Source: Vulcanimicrobiales bacterium
GTDB lineage: Bacteria > Vulcanimicrobiota > Vulcanimicrobiia > Vulcanimicrobiales > Vulcanimicrobiaceae
DNA: 46,474 nucleotides
Assembly: GCA_038231455.1 (NCBI GenBank)
Contig: JBBRLI010000024.1
Span: 1-46,474 of the forward strand
Direction: 5' to 3'
Part shown: positions 30,590 to 40,028 of the stretch, piece by piece
Layout: each line of letters begins with the position of its first letter
Numbering within the stretch: the first letter of the stretch is position 1
Made by a program: the position numbers and the translations under genes
The notes under the pieces: model-generated
Told to the model about the DNA's origin: nothing
The model's database searches: none
The model's input: the letters and a program-made list of their open reading frames with translations, nothing else

Positions 30590-31679
30590 GCCGCTTGCGC
30601 TTGCGTGCGCGCTTGGCTTGACGGTCGAGGCGGCGAGCGCGGAGATTCAAACGGATCCCCTCGCGCTCTACGGCCAAATGAAAAAAGTGTACGACCGCGG
30701 TGCTGCAGCCGGCTGGCCGTACATCGCCAATCTCGATTACTTCGCGGCCGTGCTCGATGCAGGCCGCGCTTATTCGCTCCGTCGTCCGGACGATCCGAAC
30801 GCTGCAGAAATCGAGGCGCTCACGGTCGATTTGGCAAGCGGTCTGCACTACGATGCGCTCCTCGATGAGAACGCGGCCGCCTGGTACGTGCGTGAAGCGG
30901 CTGGCGCCGTCATCAAATCCGGCGATCCGGTGCGCACCCAGAAAGCACAAGCGTTGCTGGTCAAACTCGCCGCCGACGATGCCGATCCGAAGGCGCTCGC
31001 GCGCGATGCGGACCTCGACGCGACGGCTATCGCCGTGCAATATCCGCGCGATCCTGATGCACTCATCGGTCAGGTCGATGCAGATTTGCGCGCCTACGCG
31101 CTCACGCACGACACCAACTACCGAGCGATCGCGCTCAATCGAGCCGGCCAACCGCTCTTTCCCATCGGTATCCTTACGGGCCGCGCGGGAAGCGAACTTT
31201 TTACGGCCGCTCGGTCGGCGGTCGCGGAAGCGCCGGGGTACTCGTCTGAAGAGCGGGTCGCCGGGCACGCGGTCCTCTCGCACCGCGCCGCGACGCACAT
31301 TCCAATCACGATCGGCCGTGTCCAAGCGATGACGCACGAGGCGCGCCTGGTTATTACGGCGCCGGCCGATGAGTATTTCGGCAATGCCCGGCTCTCGCCG
31401 ATCGGCGTCGGAAATGAAATCATCCGCATCGGCAAATATCTCGACGTCGGCTGGGGCGAGCGCATGACGGCGGATGCCTTGCGTGTCTCGACGGCACTCG
31501 TCGATTGGCAGAAACAGTATCCGCGCGACTACGCGATCCCGCGCACGCTCCTGAGCGCCTATAAGACGATCGCGCGCATCGATTCTCTCGATGCAAAATC
31601 GGCCGCAGCACAGCTCAAAGCACTGCTAACGATCCAGTACAACACGACCGACCAGGCGCACTCGCTCCTCTCGTCGTAG
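30558..31679 (+). CDS. Hypothetical exported all-alpha protein
   Basis: Signal-peptide-like LALACALGLTVEAASA, APADEYFG motif; fills the gap between the two purP genes; start uncertain. Confidence 0.65.
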   Translation: MWSSTITAWCRPLALACALGLTVEAASAEIQTDPLALYGQMKKVYDRGAAAGWPYIANLDYFAAVLDAGRAYSLRRPDDPNAAEIEALTVDLASGLHYDALLDENAAAWYVREAAGAVIKSGDPVRTQKAQALLVKLAADDADPKALARDADLDATAIAVQYPRDPDALIGQVDADLRAYALTHDTNYRAIALNRAGQPLFPIGILTGRAGSELFTAARSAVAEAPGYSSEERVAGHAVLSHRAATHIPITIGRVQAMTHEARLVITAPADEYFGNARLSPIGVGNEIIRIGKYLDVGWGERMTADALRVSTALVDWQKQYPRDYAIPRTLLSAYKTIARIDSLDAKSAAAQLKALLTIQYNTTDQAHSLLSS

Positions 31680-31688
31680 CCGAACGCC

Positions 31689-32822
31689 GTGCCTACTGTC
31701 TTGGAAATGCTCGCGAAGTACGATCTCGCGAAGCTAACGCTTTGTTCGATCGGCAGCCACTCGGCGCTCGAAGTCGCCGCCGGTGCTCGCGCCCAAGGTC
31801 TGCGCAATTTGATCGTGACGGAAAAAGGTCGCGACCAGACGTACGCGCGCCATTACAAACGTGTCGAGGGCGTTCGTTCGCGCGGCTGCGTCGATGAGAC
31901 GCTCGAACTTGCTGCGTTTGCGGATATTCTCGATGACAAGGTCCAGGACGAACTCATCGCACGGAATGTGATTTTTCTTGCGAACCGGTCATTCGAAGTC
32001 TATTTGCGTCAGCGGTACAGCTACGACGAGATCGAAGCGCGTATGCGCGTGCCGTTCTTCGGCTCGCGGTCGCTGCTCAAAGCCGAAGAACGCGACGTCG
32101 CCGACAATCAGTACTCGCTGCTCGCGCGCGCCGGCGTTCGATTTCCCGTGCAGTTTACGGCGCCCAAAGACATCGATCGGCTGGTGATGGTGAAAGCGCC
32201 GCACGCCAAGATCTCGTTCGAACGCGCGTTTTTTCTGTGTCGTTCGTACAAAGAGTACAAGAAGATCGCCAAAAGCTTGATCGAGCAAGGGATCCTGAAC
32301 GAAGCGGGACTCGCAGGCGCAATCATCGAGGAGTACGCCCTTGGACCCTCGATCAATCTCAATTTCTTTTATTCGCCGATCCTGGGCGAACTCGAACTCT
32401 GCGGGACGGACACGCGCCGTCAAACGAATCTCGAAGGCCTGAAGAACCTCCCGTTCGCGCAGGCAAAGGCGCTCAAAGACGAGCCGGTCCGCTTAGAAGA
32501 AGCGGGCCACATCGCCGCGACGCTTACCGAATCGATGCTGGAGAAGGCCTTCGATATGGGCGAACACTTCGTCGCCGCAACGCAAGACGGCGGCGGGCCG
32601 GGGATCATCGGACCCTTCGCGTTGCAGTGCATCATCGTCGCCGGACCGCCCAAAGAATTTGTCTGCTACGACGTCTCGCTGCGCATTCCGGGCTCGCCCG
32701 GCACACGCTACACGCCGTACACCTCATACCGCTGGGGCCGCGACGTTGCCGTAGGCGAGCGTATCGCGATGGAAGTCTGTTGGGCACGCGATGCGGGCCG
32801 TCTGAACGATATTCTGACCTAA
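31689..32822 (+). CDS. PurP-like protein (DUF1246/DUF1297), second paralogue
   Basis: GSHSALEVAAGA, NRSF, LLKAEER, ERAFF, NLNFFYSP, DTRRQTN, GH.A.TL.ES.LEK, GPFALQ, DVSLRIPGSPG, GERIAME. Confidence 0.88.
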   Translation: MPTVLEMLAKYDLAKLTLCSIGSHSALEVAAGARAQGLRNLIVTEKGRDQTYARHYKRVEGVRSRGCVDETLELAAFADILDDKVQDELIARNVIFLANRSFEVYLRQRYSYDEIEARMRVPFFGSRSLLKAEERDVADNQYSLLARAGVRFPVQFTAPKDIDRLVMVKAPHAKISFERAFFLCRSYKEYKKIAKSLIEQGILNEAGLAGAIIEEYALGPSINLNFFYSPILGELELCGTDTRRQTNLEGLKNLPFAQAKALKDEPVRLEEAGHIAATLTESMLEKAFDMGEHFVAATQDGGGPGIIGPFALQCIIVAGPPKEFVCYDVSLRIPGSPGTRYTPYTSYRWGRDVAVGERIAMEVCWARDAGRLNDILT

Positions 32823-32839
32823 ACGTTGAATCTGCGCTG

Positions 32840-33105
32840 ATGGCGCTCTCCGCAGACTCCGTTCGCGAATTTCTCGATCGGTTCTATCCCGAGTACGGAT
32901 TCGAAATCCGTACGCGGTCCGCGCAAGGCTTGAGGTGCTTCTCTCAAAAGGGTCGATCGCTGGGATATACGTCGACCCGCGAAGCCGCCGCTTCGAAATT
33001 CTTCGGCCAGACCAAGAGCCACAAGTTTTCCGGGATGGCGAGGTCGTGATGATTCCGGATGTGCTGCCGGGTTTTTCGTTCGGGCTCGTCGACCTCTGGC
33101 CGTAG
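32840..33105 (+). pseudogene. Uma2-family endonuclease remnant with internal deletion and frameshift
   Basis: N-terminal MALSADSVREFLDRFYPEYGFEI in one frame; C-terminal LLSKGSIAGIYVDPRSRRFEILRPDQEPQVFRDGEVVMIPDVLPGFSFGLVDLWP in another; central core absent. Confidence 0.65.
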
Positions 33106-33144
33106 CGACAGGCGGAATCCGGCGTTCGCGCCAAACTTTGGGCG

Positions 33145-34713
33145 ATGGTCGGTCAGGTTAGCGCCCCACCCCGCGGCGTCGTCATTTTAGACTTCGGGGC
33201 ACAATATAGCCAGCTCATTGCACGCCGCACGCGCGAGGCGCGCGTCTACAGCGAGATTCTGCCGTACGACGCGTCGTGGGCCGAGATCGAGAAGCGCAAT
33301 CCCGCCGCAATCATCCTCACGGGTGGTCCGGAGAGCACGCTTGGGTCGGACTCGCCCGGCATGGACCCGCAGATCCTCAAGAGTGGGATTCCGCTGCTGG
33401 GTATTTGTTACGGGATGCAGTTGATCGCGCGCGATCTCGGCGGCGAACTCGTGCCGCTCGGTCACGCGGAGTTCGGTCCCGCGCAGCTCGAGAACGACGC
33501 GCCGCAGAGTTCGCTTTTCAAGAACGTTCCCGCACAGAGCCGCGTGTGGATGTCGCACGGCGATTCCGTCGTAAAACCACCGGCTGGATTCACATCGCTT
33601 GCACATACGCCGCGCTGCAACATCGCTGCGATCGGTGATGAGAAGCGCAAGATTTTCGGCGTGCAATTCCATCCCGAAGTCGTGCACAGCGAATTCGGCA
33701 CGGCAATCATCGAGAATTTTCTCCACGGCATTGCCGGGATCGACGGCTCGTGGGAGATGGATTCGTTCGTCGACCGCTCGATCGCCGAGATCAAAGCGAA
33801 AGTCGGCGATGCGAAAGTCATCTGCGCGCTCTCGGGCGGCGTCGATTCGGCGGTTGCCGCGACGCTCGTCGCGCGAGCGATCGGGCAACAGCTCACCTGT
33901 GTCTTCGTGGATACCGGACTCTTGCGCAAAGACGAGGCGAAAAATGTCGTCGAGGCATTCCGCGATGTCTTGCATCTCAATGTAATCGCAATCGACGCCA
34001 GCGAACGCTTCATGGAGCGACTCGCGGGCGTGGTCGATCCCGAAGAAAAGCGGATCCGCATCGGGCACGAATTCATCGCGATCTTCGAAGAAGAATCGAA
34101 CAAGATCGACGACGTGAAGTTTCTGGTGCAGGGCACGCTCTATCCCGATGTGATCGAGTCGAAAACGCCGGGCTCAAAAGCCGGCCACAAGATCAAATCC
34201 CATCACAACGTCGGCGGCCTGCCCGAGACGATGAAGCTCGAACTCATCGAGCCGCTGCGGACGCTTTTCAAAGACGAAGTGCGCAAAGCCGGTGCCGTGC
34301 TCGGGCTACCGCCCGCAATTGTCGCACGCCAGCCCTTCCCGGGGCCCGGTCTTGCGGTGCGCATTCTGGGTGCGGTGGACAAAGCGCGCGCGGAAACGGT
34401 GCGTCAAGCAGACGACATCGTCACAAGCGAGATCGAAGCTGTCGCGCATACGCTTACGCCGCGGCCTTGGCAGTATTTCGCCGTCCTCACGCCGCTGCAG
34501 TCGGTCGGCGTCATGGGCGATGGACGCACGTACGCCAATCTTGTCGCCGTTCGTGCCATCACAAGCGAAGACGGAATGACCGCCGACTGGGCGCGTCTGC
34601 CGCACGTCCTTTTGGAACGCATCTCCACGCGTATTGTCAACGAAGTGCCCGGCATTAACCGCATCGCGTACGACATCACCTCGAAACCCCCGGCGACCGT
34701 GGAGTGGGAATGA
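33145..34713 (+). CDS. guaA: GMP synthase (glutamine-hydrolysing)
   Basis: LDFGAQY, GICYGMQ, QFHPEV, SGGVDS, QGTLYPDVIES, IKSHHNVGG, KPPATVEWE. Confidence 0.97.
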   Translation: MVGQVSAPPRGVVILDFGAQYSQLIARRTREARVYSEILPYDASWAEIEKRNPAAIILTGGPESTLGSDSPGMDPQILKSGIPLLGICYGMQLIARDLGGELVPLGHAEFGPAQLENDAPQSSLFKNVPAQSRVWMSHGDSVVKPPAGFTSLAHTPRCNIAAIGDEKRKIFGVQFHPEVVHSEFGTAIIENFLHGIAGIDGSWEMDSFVDRSIAEIKAKVGDAKVICALSGGVDSAVAATLVARAIGQQLTCVFVDTGLLRKDEAKNVVEAFRDVLHLNVIAIDASERFMERLAGVVDPEEKRIRIGHEFIAIFEEESNKIDDVKFLVQGTLYPDVIESKTPGSKAGHKIKSHHNVGGLPETMKLELIEPLRTLFKDEVRKAGAVLGLPPAIVARQPFPGPGLAVRILGAVDKARAETVRQADDIVTSEIEAVAHTLTPRPWQYFAVLTPLQSVGVMGDGRTYANLVAVRAITSEDGMTADWARLPHVLLERISTRIVNEVPGINRIAYDITSKPPATVEWE

Positions 34714-35996
34714 GAATTCTCGTCGTCGGCAATGGCGCTCGCGAAGACGCACTTGTGTGGCGTCTTGCGCAATCGGCTTCGTGCGATGCGATCTTTTGTA
34801 CGCCGGGCAACGCCGGCACCGCTTCGCGCGGCGAGAACTGGGCGATCGCTGCAACCGATAGCCGCAAGATCGTCGAACGCGCGAAAGCTGAGAACATCGA
34901 TCTCGTCGTGCTCGGGCCCGAAACCGCGATCGCTGCGGGTGTGGGCGACAAACTGCGCGAGGCGGGCTTTGCGGTGTTTGGTCCCAACCGCTCGGGCGGA
35001 CGTCTGGAATCGAGTAAGATTTTCGCGAAACGGTTTATGGAACGCCACGGTATTCCAACCGCCCGCGGACGCGCCGTGCATTCGCTCGATCAAGCGCTCA
35101 AAGTTCTTGAGGACTGGCGCGGCGGTGTGGTGATCAAAGCGGACGGCCTAGCCGCCGGCAAAGGCGTGGTCGTTACCGATGACGTTGAATCGGCACGCGT
35201 CGTCTTGCGTGACTGGTACGAGCATAAACGGATCCCAGGTGGCGGCGTTGACGTCTTGCTGGAGGAAAAACTCGTTGGCCGCGAGATCAGCGTGTTCGCG
35301 ATTGCCGACGGCCGCGCGATGATTCCGCTGGCCGCCGCGTGCGATTACAAACGTGCCGGCGACGGCGATACGGGACCGAACACCGGCGGTATGGGCGCAT
35401 ACTCGCCCCCTGTTGGTTTCCCGCCCGACTACATGGACATCGTACGCGAGCGCGTGATCGCACCGACCCTGCGCGGTTTGCTCGCGGAAGGCGAAACGTA
35501 CATCGGGATTTTGTACTGCGGTCTGATGTGGACCACAAGCGGTCCTTCGGTGATCGAATTCAACGCGCGCTTCGGCGATCCGGAGACACAAGTGCTCATG
35601 CCGCGCATTGGCGGTGATTTTGCGCGCCTGCTTAAATCCGCAGCCGACGGCGCGATCGAAATCGACGCCGCGCAATTTTCGAGCGACGCTTGCGTGGGTG
35701 TGACGCTCGCGTCGGTCGACTATCCGCGCGCCAGTTCGCCCGTTGGCGGTATGCCGGCGAACTTCACGCTCGCTGATGGCTCGGTCGCCTTCTGGGGCGG
35801 CTCGAAGTTGACCGAAGAAACGGTCGATGCCTCGGGTGGACGCGTGCTCACGGTCTGCGGTCGCGGCCCGGACCATCGAATCGCGCGCGAACGCGCGTAT
35901 GCGGCGATCGAAGAACTCAAACGGCAATTTCCGCCCGGCGTAAAGCTGGCGTACCGGTCGGATATCGCCGTCCTCGACATCCCCGCGCCGGCCTAA
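34710..35996 (+). CDS. purD: Phosphoribosylamine-glycine ligase
   Basis: GNGARED, PGNAG, LESSK.FAK, KADGLAAGKGV, DTGPNTGGMGAY, EFNARFGDPE. Confidence 0.95.
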   Translation: MRILVVGNGAREDALVWRLAQSASCDAIFCTPGNAGTASRGENWAIAATDSRKIVERAKAENIDLVVLGPETAIAAGVGDKLREAGFAVFGPNRSGGRLESSKIFAKRFMERHGIPTARGRAVHSLDQALKVLEDWRGGVVIKADGLAAGKGVVVTDDVESARVVLRDWYEHKRIPGGGVDVLLEEKLVGREISVFAIADGRAMIPLAAACDYKRAGDGDTGPNTGGMGAYSPPVGFPPDYMDIVRERVIAPTLRGLLAEGETYIGILYCGLMWTTSGPSVIEFNARFGDPETQVLMPRIGGDFARLLKSAADGAIEIDAAQFSSDACVGVTLASVDYPRASSPVGGMPANFTLADGSVAFWGGSKLTEETVDASGGRVLTVCGRGPDHRIARERAYAAIEELKRQFPPGVKLAYRSDIAVLDIPAPA

Positions 35997-36053
35997 GCAC
36001 CAACGGACCAAACGCGAAACCTGCGAGCCGGAGTGCGGGTAGAAGCGAGTGCC

Positions 36054-36713
36054 ATGTATCAACGTCCTCCAGATCGCACCCGCGCCGCCGCGGCCCCCTC
36101 GCTCCTCGCGCAGGTTTTGGGCATTACGGCGATCGGGTTCCTGATCACCGCCTGCGCAGCGTACATTTTCAAGAACGTGCCGCCCGTCATGGGGATCGTG
36201 GGGTCGCTTGGTGGCCTTGCGCTACTATTCGCGATGTCGGCTGCGCGCGGCAATCCGCAGGTTCAATTGCTGCTGTTTTATGCGTTTACGTTTCTCGAGG
36301 GAATCGGCATCGCTCCGATGATCTCGCGCTACACGGGGTTGTACGGTTCCGGCATCGTGGTGGATGCCGCAACCACGACCGGCATGGGCATGCTGATCCT
36401 CGGCGCGATTGCGTATGCCTTTAGCTTTGATTGGCGCCGTCTTTCCGGGATCGCCTTTGGTGCCCTGATCGCACTGCTCGTGGTCGGGCTGATCTCGGCA
36501 TTCACGCACTTCTTGCATCCGGGCGTCTACGCGTGGCTGACGCTCGGTGTGTTCTCGCTCCTGACGTTAGTCGACTTCGCGCGCATCCGCGGCGCGGCAG
36601 GCGCCGGCTACGGCGCGAACGCCGTCGACCTTGCGGTCGCAATTTACCTGGATGCGATCAACATTTTCATCGCGCTACTCTCGATCTTCGGCGGCCGCTC
36701 GCGCGACCGCTAA
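36054..36713 (+). CDS. Bax inhibitor-1/YccA family membrane protein
   Basis: About seven hydrophobic helices; AVAIYLDAINIF..LL signature. Confidence 0.88.
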   Translation: MYQRPPDRTRAAAAPSLLAQVLGITAIGFLITACAAYIFKNVPPVMGIVGSLGGLALLFAMSAARGNPQVQLLLFYAFTFLEGIGIAPMISRYTGLYGSGIVVDAATTTGMGMLILGAIAYAFSFDWRRLSGIAFGALIALLVVGLISAFTHFLHPGVYAWLTLGVFSLLTLVDFARIRGAAGAGYGANAVDLAVAIYLDAINIFIALLSIFGGRSRDR

Positions 36714-36766
36714 CCACGCGGGCGTGAAACCGGGACGCACCGTCCTGCCTCTTGAAGCTTACAACT

Positions 36767-38200
36767 ATGGCCCGGTCGTACGATTCTGAAGCCCCACTCC
36801 CCGCTGGCGACTCCCTGCATGAAGAATGCGGAGTTACTGGTGTCTTCGCACCCGGTGCGGATGTGGCGCGGCTCTCCTACTTTGGCCTGTACGCGCTTCA
36901 GCACCGCGGACAGGAGAGCGCCGGAATAGCGGTCTCCGACGGTGAGAAAATCGTCAGCCATCGCGATATGGGCCTTATCGGCGGCATCTTCAATGAAGAC
37001 ATTCTCGGGACGATGCACGGCTTTATCTCGGTCGGCCACACGCGCTACTCCACCAGCGGCTCGTCCATCATGTGCAACGCGCAGCCGTTTATCGAAGATA
37101 CGGATATCGGCCAGTTCGCCTACGCGCATAATGGCAATCTCACCAATAGCGAGGCACTGCTCGCCCGTTTGCCGTCGGATATCCATTTGGAAGCGACGTC
37201 GGATTCAGAGATTCTCTCGAAAACGATTGCGCTTGCCGAAGGCGCGACGATGGTCGCCCGTATCAAAGCGGCGATGCGCATTGCCGAGGGCGCGTACTCG
37301 GTTGTGATCGGCACCAAAGATACGATTTACGCATTCCGCGATCCGTGGGGCGTGCGTCCGCTGTGCATCGGGACGTACGGCGATGACGGTTACATGGTCG
37401 CCTCCGAGTCGTGCGCGCTTGCAACCGTCGGTGCCACCTATCTGCGCGAAATCGAAGCCGGCGAAATCGTGGTGATCGATAAGAACGGCCTACGTACGGA
37501 ACACACCGAAGTCGTGAAGCCGCCGGCGCTCTGTATGTTCGAATATATTTATTTTGCGCGCCCGGACTCGGTGCTCTCGGGACGCTCGATCTACATGGCG
37601 CGCTATCAGATGGGCAAAGCCCTCGCGCGCGAGCATCCCGTCGACGCCGACGTCGTGATGGCTGTGCCCGATAGTGCGATTCCCGGCGGTATCGGTTTTG
37701 CCGCGGAGAGCGGATTGCCGTACGTCGAAGGTTTGATCAAGAACCGCTATATCGGCCGCACGTTCATCAGCCCAAACCAGCAGATGCGTAGCCAAGGCGT
37801 GCAGCTCAAATTTAATCCGATCGTCGAGAACCTGCGTGGGCAGCGCGTCGTCGTGATCGACGATTCGATCGTTCGCGGCACGACGACGCCGCGCATCGTG
37901 AGCCTCTTACGCGATGCCGGAGCACGCGAAGTGCATCTGCGCATCACCTCACCGCCGATCGTGCACCCGTGCTACCTTGGCGTCGACATGGCAACATACG
38001 AAGAACTGATCGCACACAATCTTTCGGTCGAACAGATCTGCGAGAAAGTCGGCGCGGATTCGCTCGGCTATCTCTCAGTGGAAGGCCTTGTCTCTTCAAC
38101 GGGCCGCGAAAATCGCGACTTCTGCCTCGGCTGTCTGACTGGCCGCTATCCGGCAGAACCGGCAATGGCGGGCGCTGCCCCGGGTCGTCGCTCAGCGTAA
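36767..38200 (+). CDS. purF: Amidophosphoribosyltransferase
   Basis: Propeptide then EECGV, LQHRGQESAG, GHTRYST, CMFEYIYFARPDS, DDSIVRGTT, FCLGC (Fe-S type). Confidence 0.96.
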   Translation: MARSYDSEAPLPAGDSLHEECGVTGVFAPGADVARLSYFGLYALQHRGQESAGIAVSDGEKIVSHRDMGLIGGIFNEDILGTMHGFISVGHTRYSTSGSSIMCNAQPFIEDTDIGQFAYAHNGNLTNSEALLARLPSDIHLEATSDSEILSKTIALAEGATMVARIKAAMRIAEGAYSVVIGTKDTIYAFRDPWGVRPLCIGTYGDDGYMVASESCALATVGATYLREIEAGEIVVIDKNGLRTEHTEVVKPPALCMFEYIYFARPDSVLSGRSIYMARYQMGKALAREHPVDADVVMAVPDSAIPGGIGFAAESGLPYVEGLIKNRYIGRTFISPNQQMRSQGVQLKFNPIVENLRGQRVVVIDDSIVRGTTTPRIVSLLRDAGAREVHLRITSPPIVHPCYLGVDMATYEELIAHNLSVEQICEKVGADSLGYLSVEGLVSSTGRENRDFCLGCLTGRYPAEPAMAGAAPGRRSA

Positions 38201-38230
38201 TTCTATGTCCGCCCGGCTATGCGATTGCGC

Positions 38231-38494
38231 TTACTTGTGCAATTCGAAAAGGCGATGGATCGTCACAATTACGGCACCGATGGAAAGAGGTAGTCGAATG
38301 CGATCTCCCAGTCGGCCCATTTTTTTTAGGCCAAGGTGGAGTAGATACGCGAGCGTCAGGATGAACGCCATGAAGACGATAGATTTCAGATTGAACAGCA
38401 GAAGAAGTGACGCGACGACAAGAGCGATGAGCCCGATCGTACCGTCACGTTGCATCTGACGATCGGCGGCGCTAAGATCAGGTAAGCGCAGCAT
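38231..38494 (-). CDS. Small hypothetical membrane protein downstream of the NHase/SCNase-like operon
   Basis: Two to three hydrophobic stretches; overlaps the upstream stop; alternative start at 38455. Confidence 0.55.
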   Translation of the reverse strand: MLRLPDLSAADRQMQRDGTIGLIALVVASLLLLFNLKSIVFMAFILTLAYLLHLGLKKMGRLGDRIRLPLSIGAVIVTIHRLFELHK

Positions 38495-39098
38495 CGCGTA
38501 CCATTGCGGTCCCGATCATTGCATCGCGCGTTACGAGCGCAGCGAGTTTGCCTTCGCTCCAACCATCCGTTTGCGGTGGACGGAGCGGGAGCACCATGTA
38601 GCGCATGTCCGCGGTGCTATCGTGGACGCGAACCGTAACGTCGTCCGGGATCGCTAAGCCGAACTCGGCGAGCACCGTGCGGGGTTCGCGAACGACGCGG
38701 GCGCGGTAGGCGCGACTCTTGTACCAGCCCGGCGGGACGCCGAGGAGCATCCGCGGGTAGCACGAGCAGAGCGTACAGACGATGACGTTGTGAGTCTCGA
38801 GTGTGTCCTCGACAACGACGAGGTGCATCGTGCCCGGGTCGATCCCGAATTCGCGCATTGCCGCGCTCCCGTCGGCGAGAAGACGTGCCTTAAATGCAGG
38901 ATCGCACCAGGCGTGTGCGACGAGCTGCGCGGCGCGATCGGGCGTGCGCCCTTCCATCGCGGAAATCTCCGCTTGCACGTCTGCCGCCGAGACGATCCCT
39001 TTCTCGACGAGTAATTCAAAAAGCGCAATCGAGAGGCGTTCGTGATAGGTCTGAGGATGTTCGTCCTGATCGTGCGGATGGTCGTGATCGTCGCTCAC
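38478..39098 (-). CDS. Nitrile hydratase alpha / thiocyanate hydrolase gamma subunit (Co-type motif)
   Basis: VCTLCSCYPR metal motif, LG.PP.WYKS.AYRARVVREPR, VHDSTADMRYMVLP.RP; GTG start in a GTGA overlap. Confidence 0.92.
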   Translation of the reverse strand: MSDDHDHPHDQDEHPQTYHERLSIALFELLVEKGIVSAADVQAEISAMEGRTPDRAAQLVAHAWCDPAFKARLLADGSAAMREFGIDPGTMHLVVVEDTLETHNVIVCTLCSCYPRMLLGVPPGWYKSRAYRARVVREPRTVLAEFGLAIPDDVTVRVHDSTADMRYMVLPLRPPQTDGWSEGKLAALVTRDAMIGTAMVRDAALT

Positions 39099-39367
39099 AC
39101 GGCCTCCAGCCAATGGTCGTAGATTTCGATGTCGATCGTGTCGGAAGCGTGCGGTGTGTCGAAGAGGTCGCTCTGTGCGAAACGCACGCGGTAGAGCATA
39201 CGCGGATCGCCGGACTTCCCGTAGGCGAGCCGTTCGGGGTTTTCGAACGTCCCGCAGACGCGCTCGATCGTGCCGGTCTTGCCGCGAGCATAGCTCGGGA
39301 CGCGCAGATGTCCGGGCGGATAGAAAGCGCGCACGCGGACGCGCGATCCGAGCGCAAATCCCGTCAT
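39095..39367 (-). CDS. NHase beta C-terminal SH3-like domain / thiocyanate hydrolase alpha-like subunit
   Basis: GSRVRV...GHLRVPSYARGKTGTI, NPE, LYRVRF, IEIYDHWLE. Confidence 0.88.
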   Translation of the reverse strand: MTGFALGSRVRVRAFYPPGHLRVPSYARGKTGTIERVCGTFENPERLAYGKSGDPRMLYRVRFAQSDLFDTPHASDTIDIEIYDHWLEAV

Positions 39368-39690
39368 GCGTGATGCTCGCGCGCTTCGATGTCGGCGAGT
39401 TTCGCGCCGAGTTCGTCGACCGTGACGATGCCTTTTTCGAGCATGTTCGCGGTGATGGAGCTGATCCAGCGTTCGTAATAGCCGAGCGAATCGTAGGCCT
39501 CGCGCCCAAGCGATTCGATCCCGCGCCGCAGCTCGTCGACGGTCATGAGGCGGCCGCCAGGGCGTTTGGGATTGGTCAGCAGCATCATGAGCGCATCGAC
39601 GCGCTGCTCCCAAAATACCCGGTCGTGTTCCATCCGGTCGATCGGGCCCTCGTCGAGCCCACCGACGTCGTGAATTCCGCGTTCGATCAT
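39364..39690 (-). CDS. NHase beta N-terminal domain / thiocyanate hydrolase beta-like subunit
   Basis: HDVGG, WEQRVDAL, DELRRGIE, YYERW, EKGIVTVDEL. Confidence 0.88.
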   Translation of the reverse strand: MIERGIHDVGGLDEGPIDRMEHDRVFWEQRVDALMMLLTNPKRPGGRLMTVDELRRGIESLGREAYDSLGYYERWISSITANMLEKGIVTVDELGAKLADIEAREHHA

Positions 39691-39788
39691 CCTAAAACGG
39701 GCCTACGCCGCCAGCCGCTTCTCTCCCGCCGGGAAGCGATTCGTCTTGGAAGTGGTTTCTCGTGGGTACATCCTTTCTTGGAGGTTCT

Positions 39789-39986
39789 ATGCCTGAGAAG
39801 AAACCGAACAGTCCGAGCGTCCCGAATGAGATCAATCGCGCCCTGTATCTGAATCCCGATACGATCGGCGACTTGGAAAGTGACCCGTTGCTCGATGTTG
39901 CGCGCAAGAACGTCGAGACGACGAACTATGCCGATGAAGCCACCAAAGACAACGAGTTCCGTCGCCGCAAAAACGAAGACGGGTAA
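39789..39986 (+). CDS. Small hydrophilic hypothetical protein (65 aa)
   Basis: GGAGG SD before ATG 39789; divergent from the scn-like operon. Confidence 0.55.
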   Translation: MPEKKPNSPSVPNEINRALYLNPDTIGDLESDPLLDVARKNVETTNYADEATKDNEFRRRKNEDG

Positions 39987-40028
39987 ACGTCGGGCGGAAG
40001 CGACGCGCCGTGCGTAAAAAAACTCGGC

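Noticed and set aside
39099-39613. Long N-terminal extensions of the NHase-like ORFs (343 aa and 172 aa calls)
   Set aside because: They overlap genuine upstream subunits; the ATGA/GTGA overlaps define the true starts.
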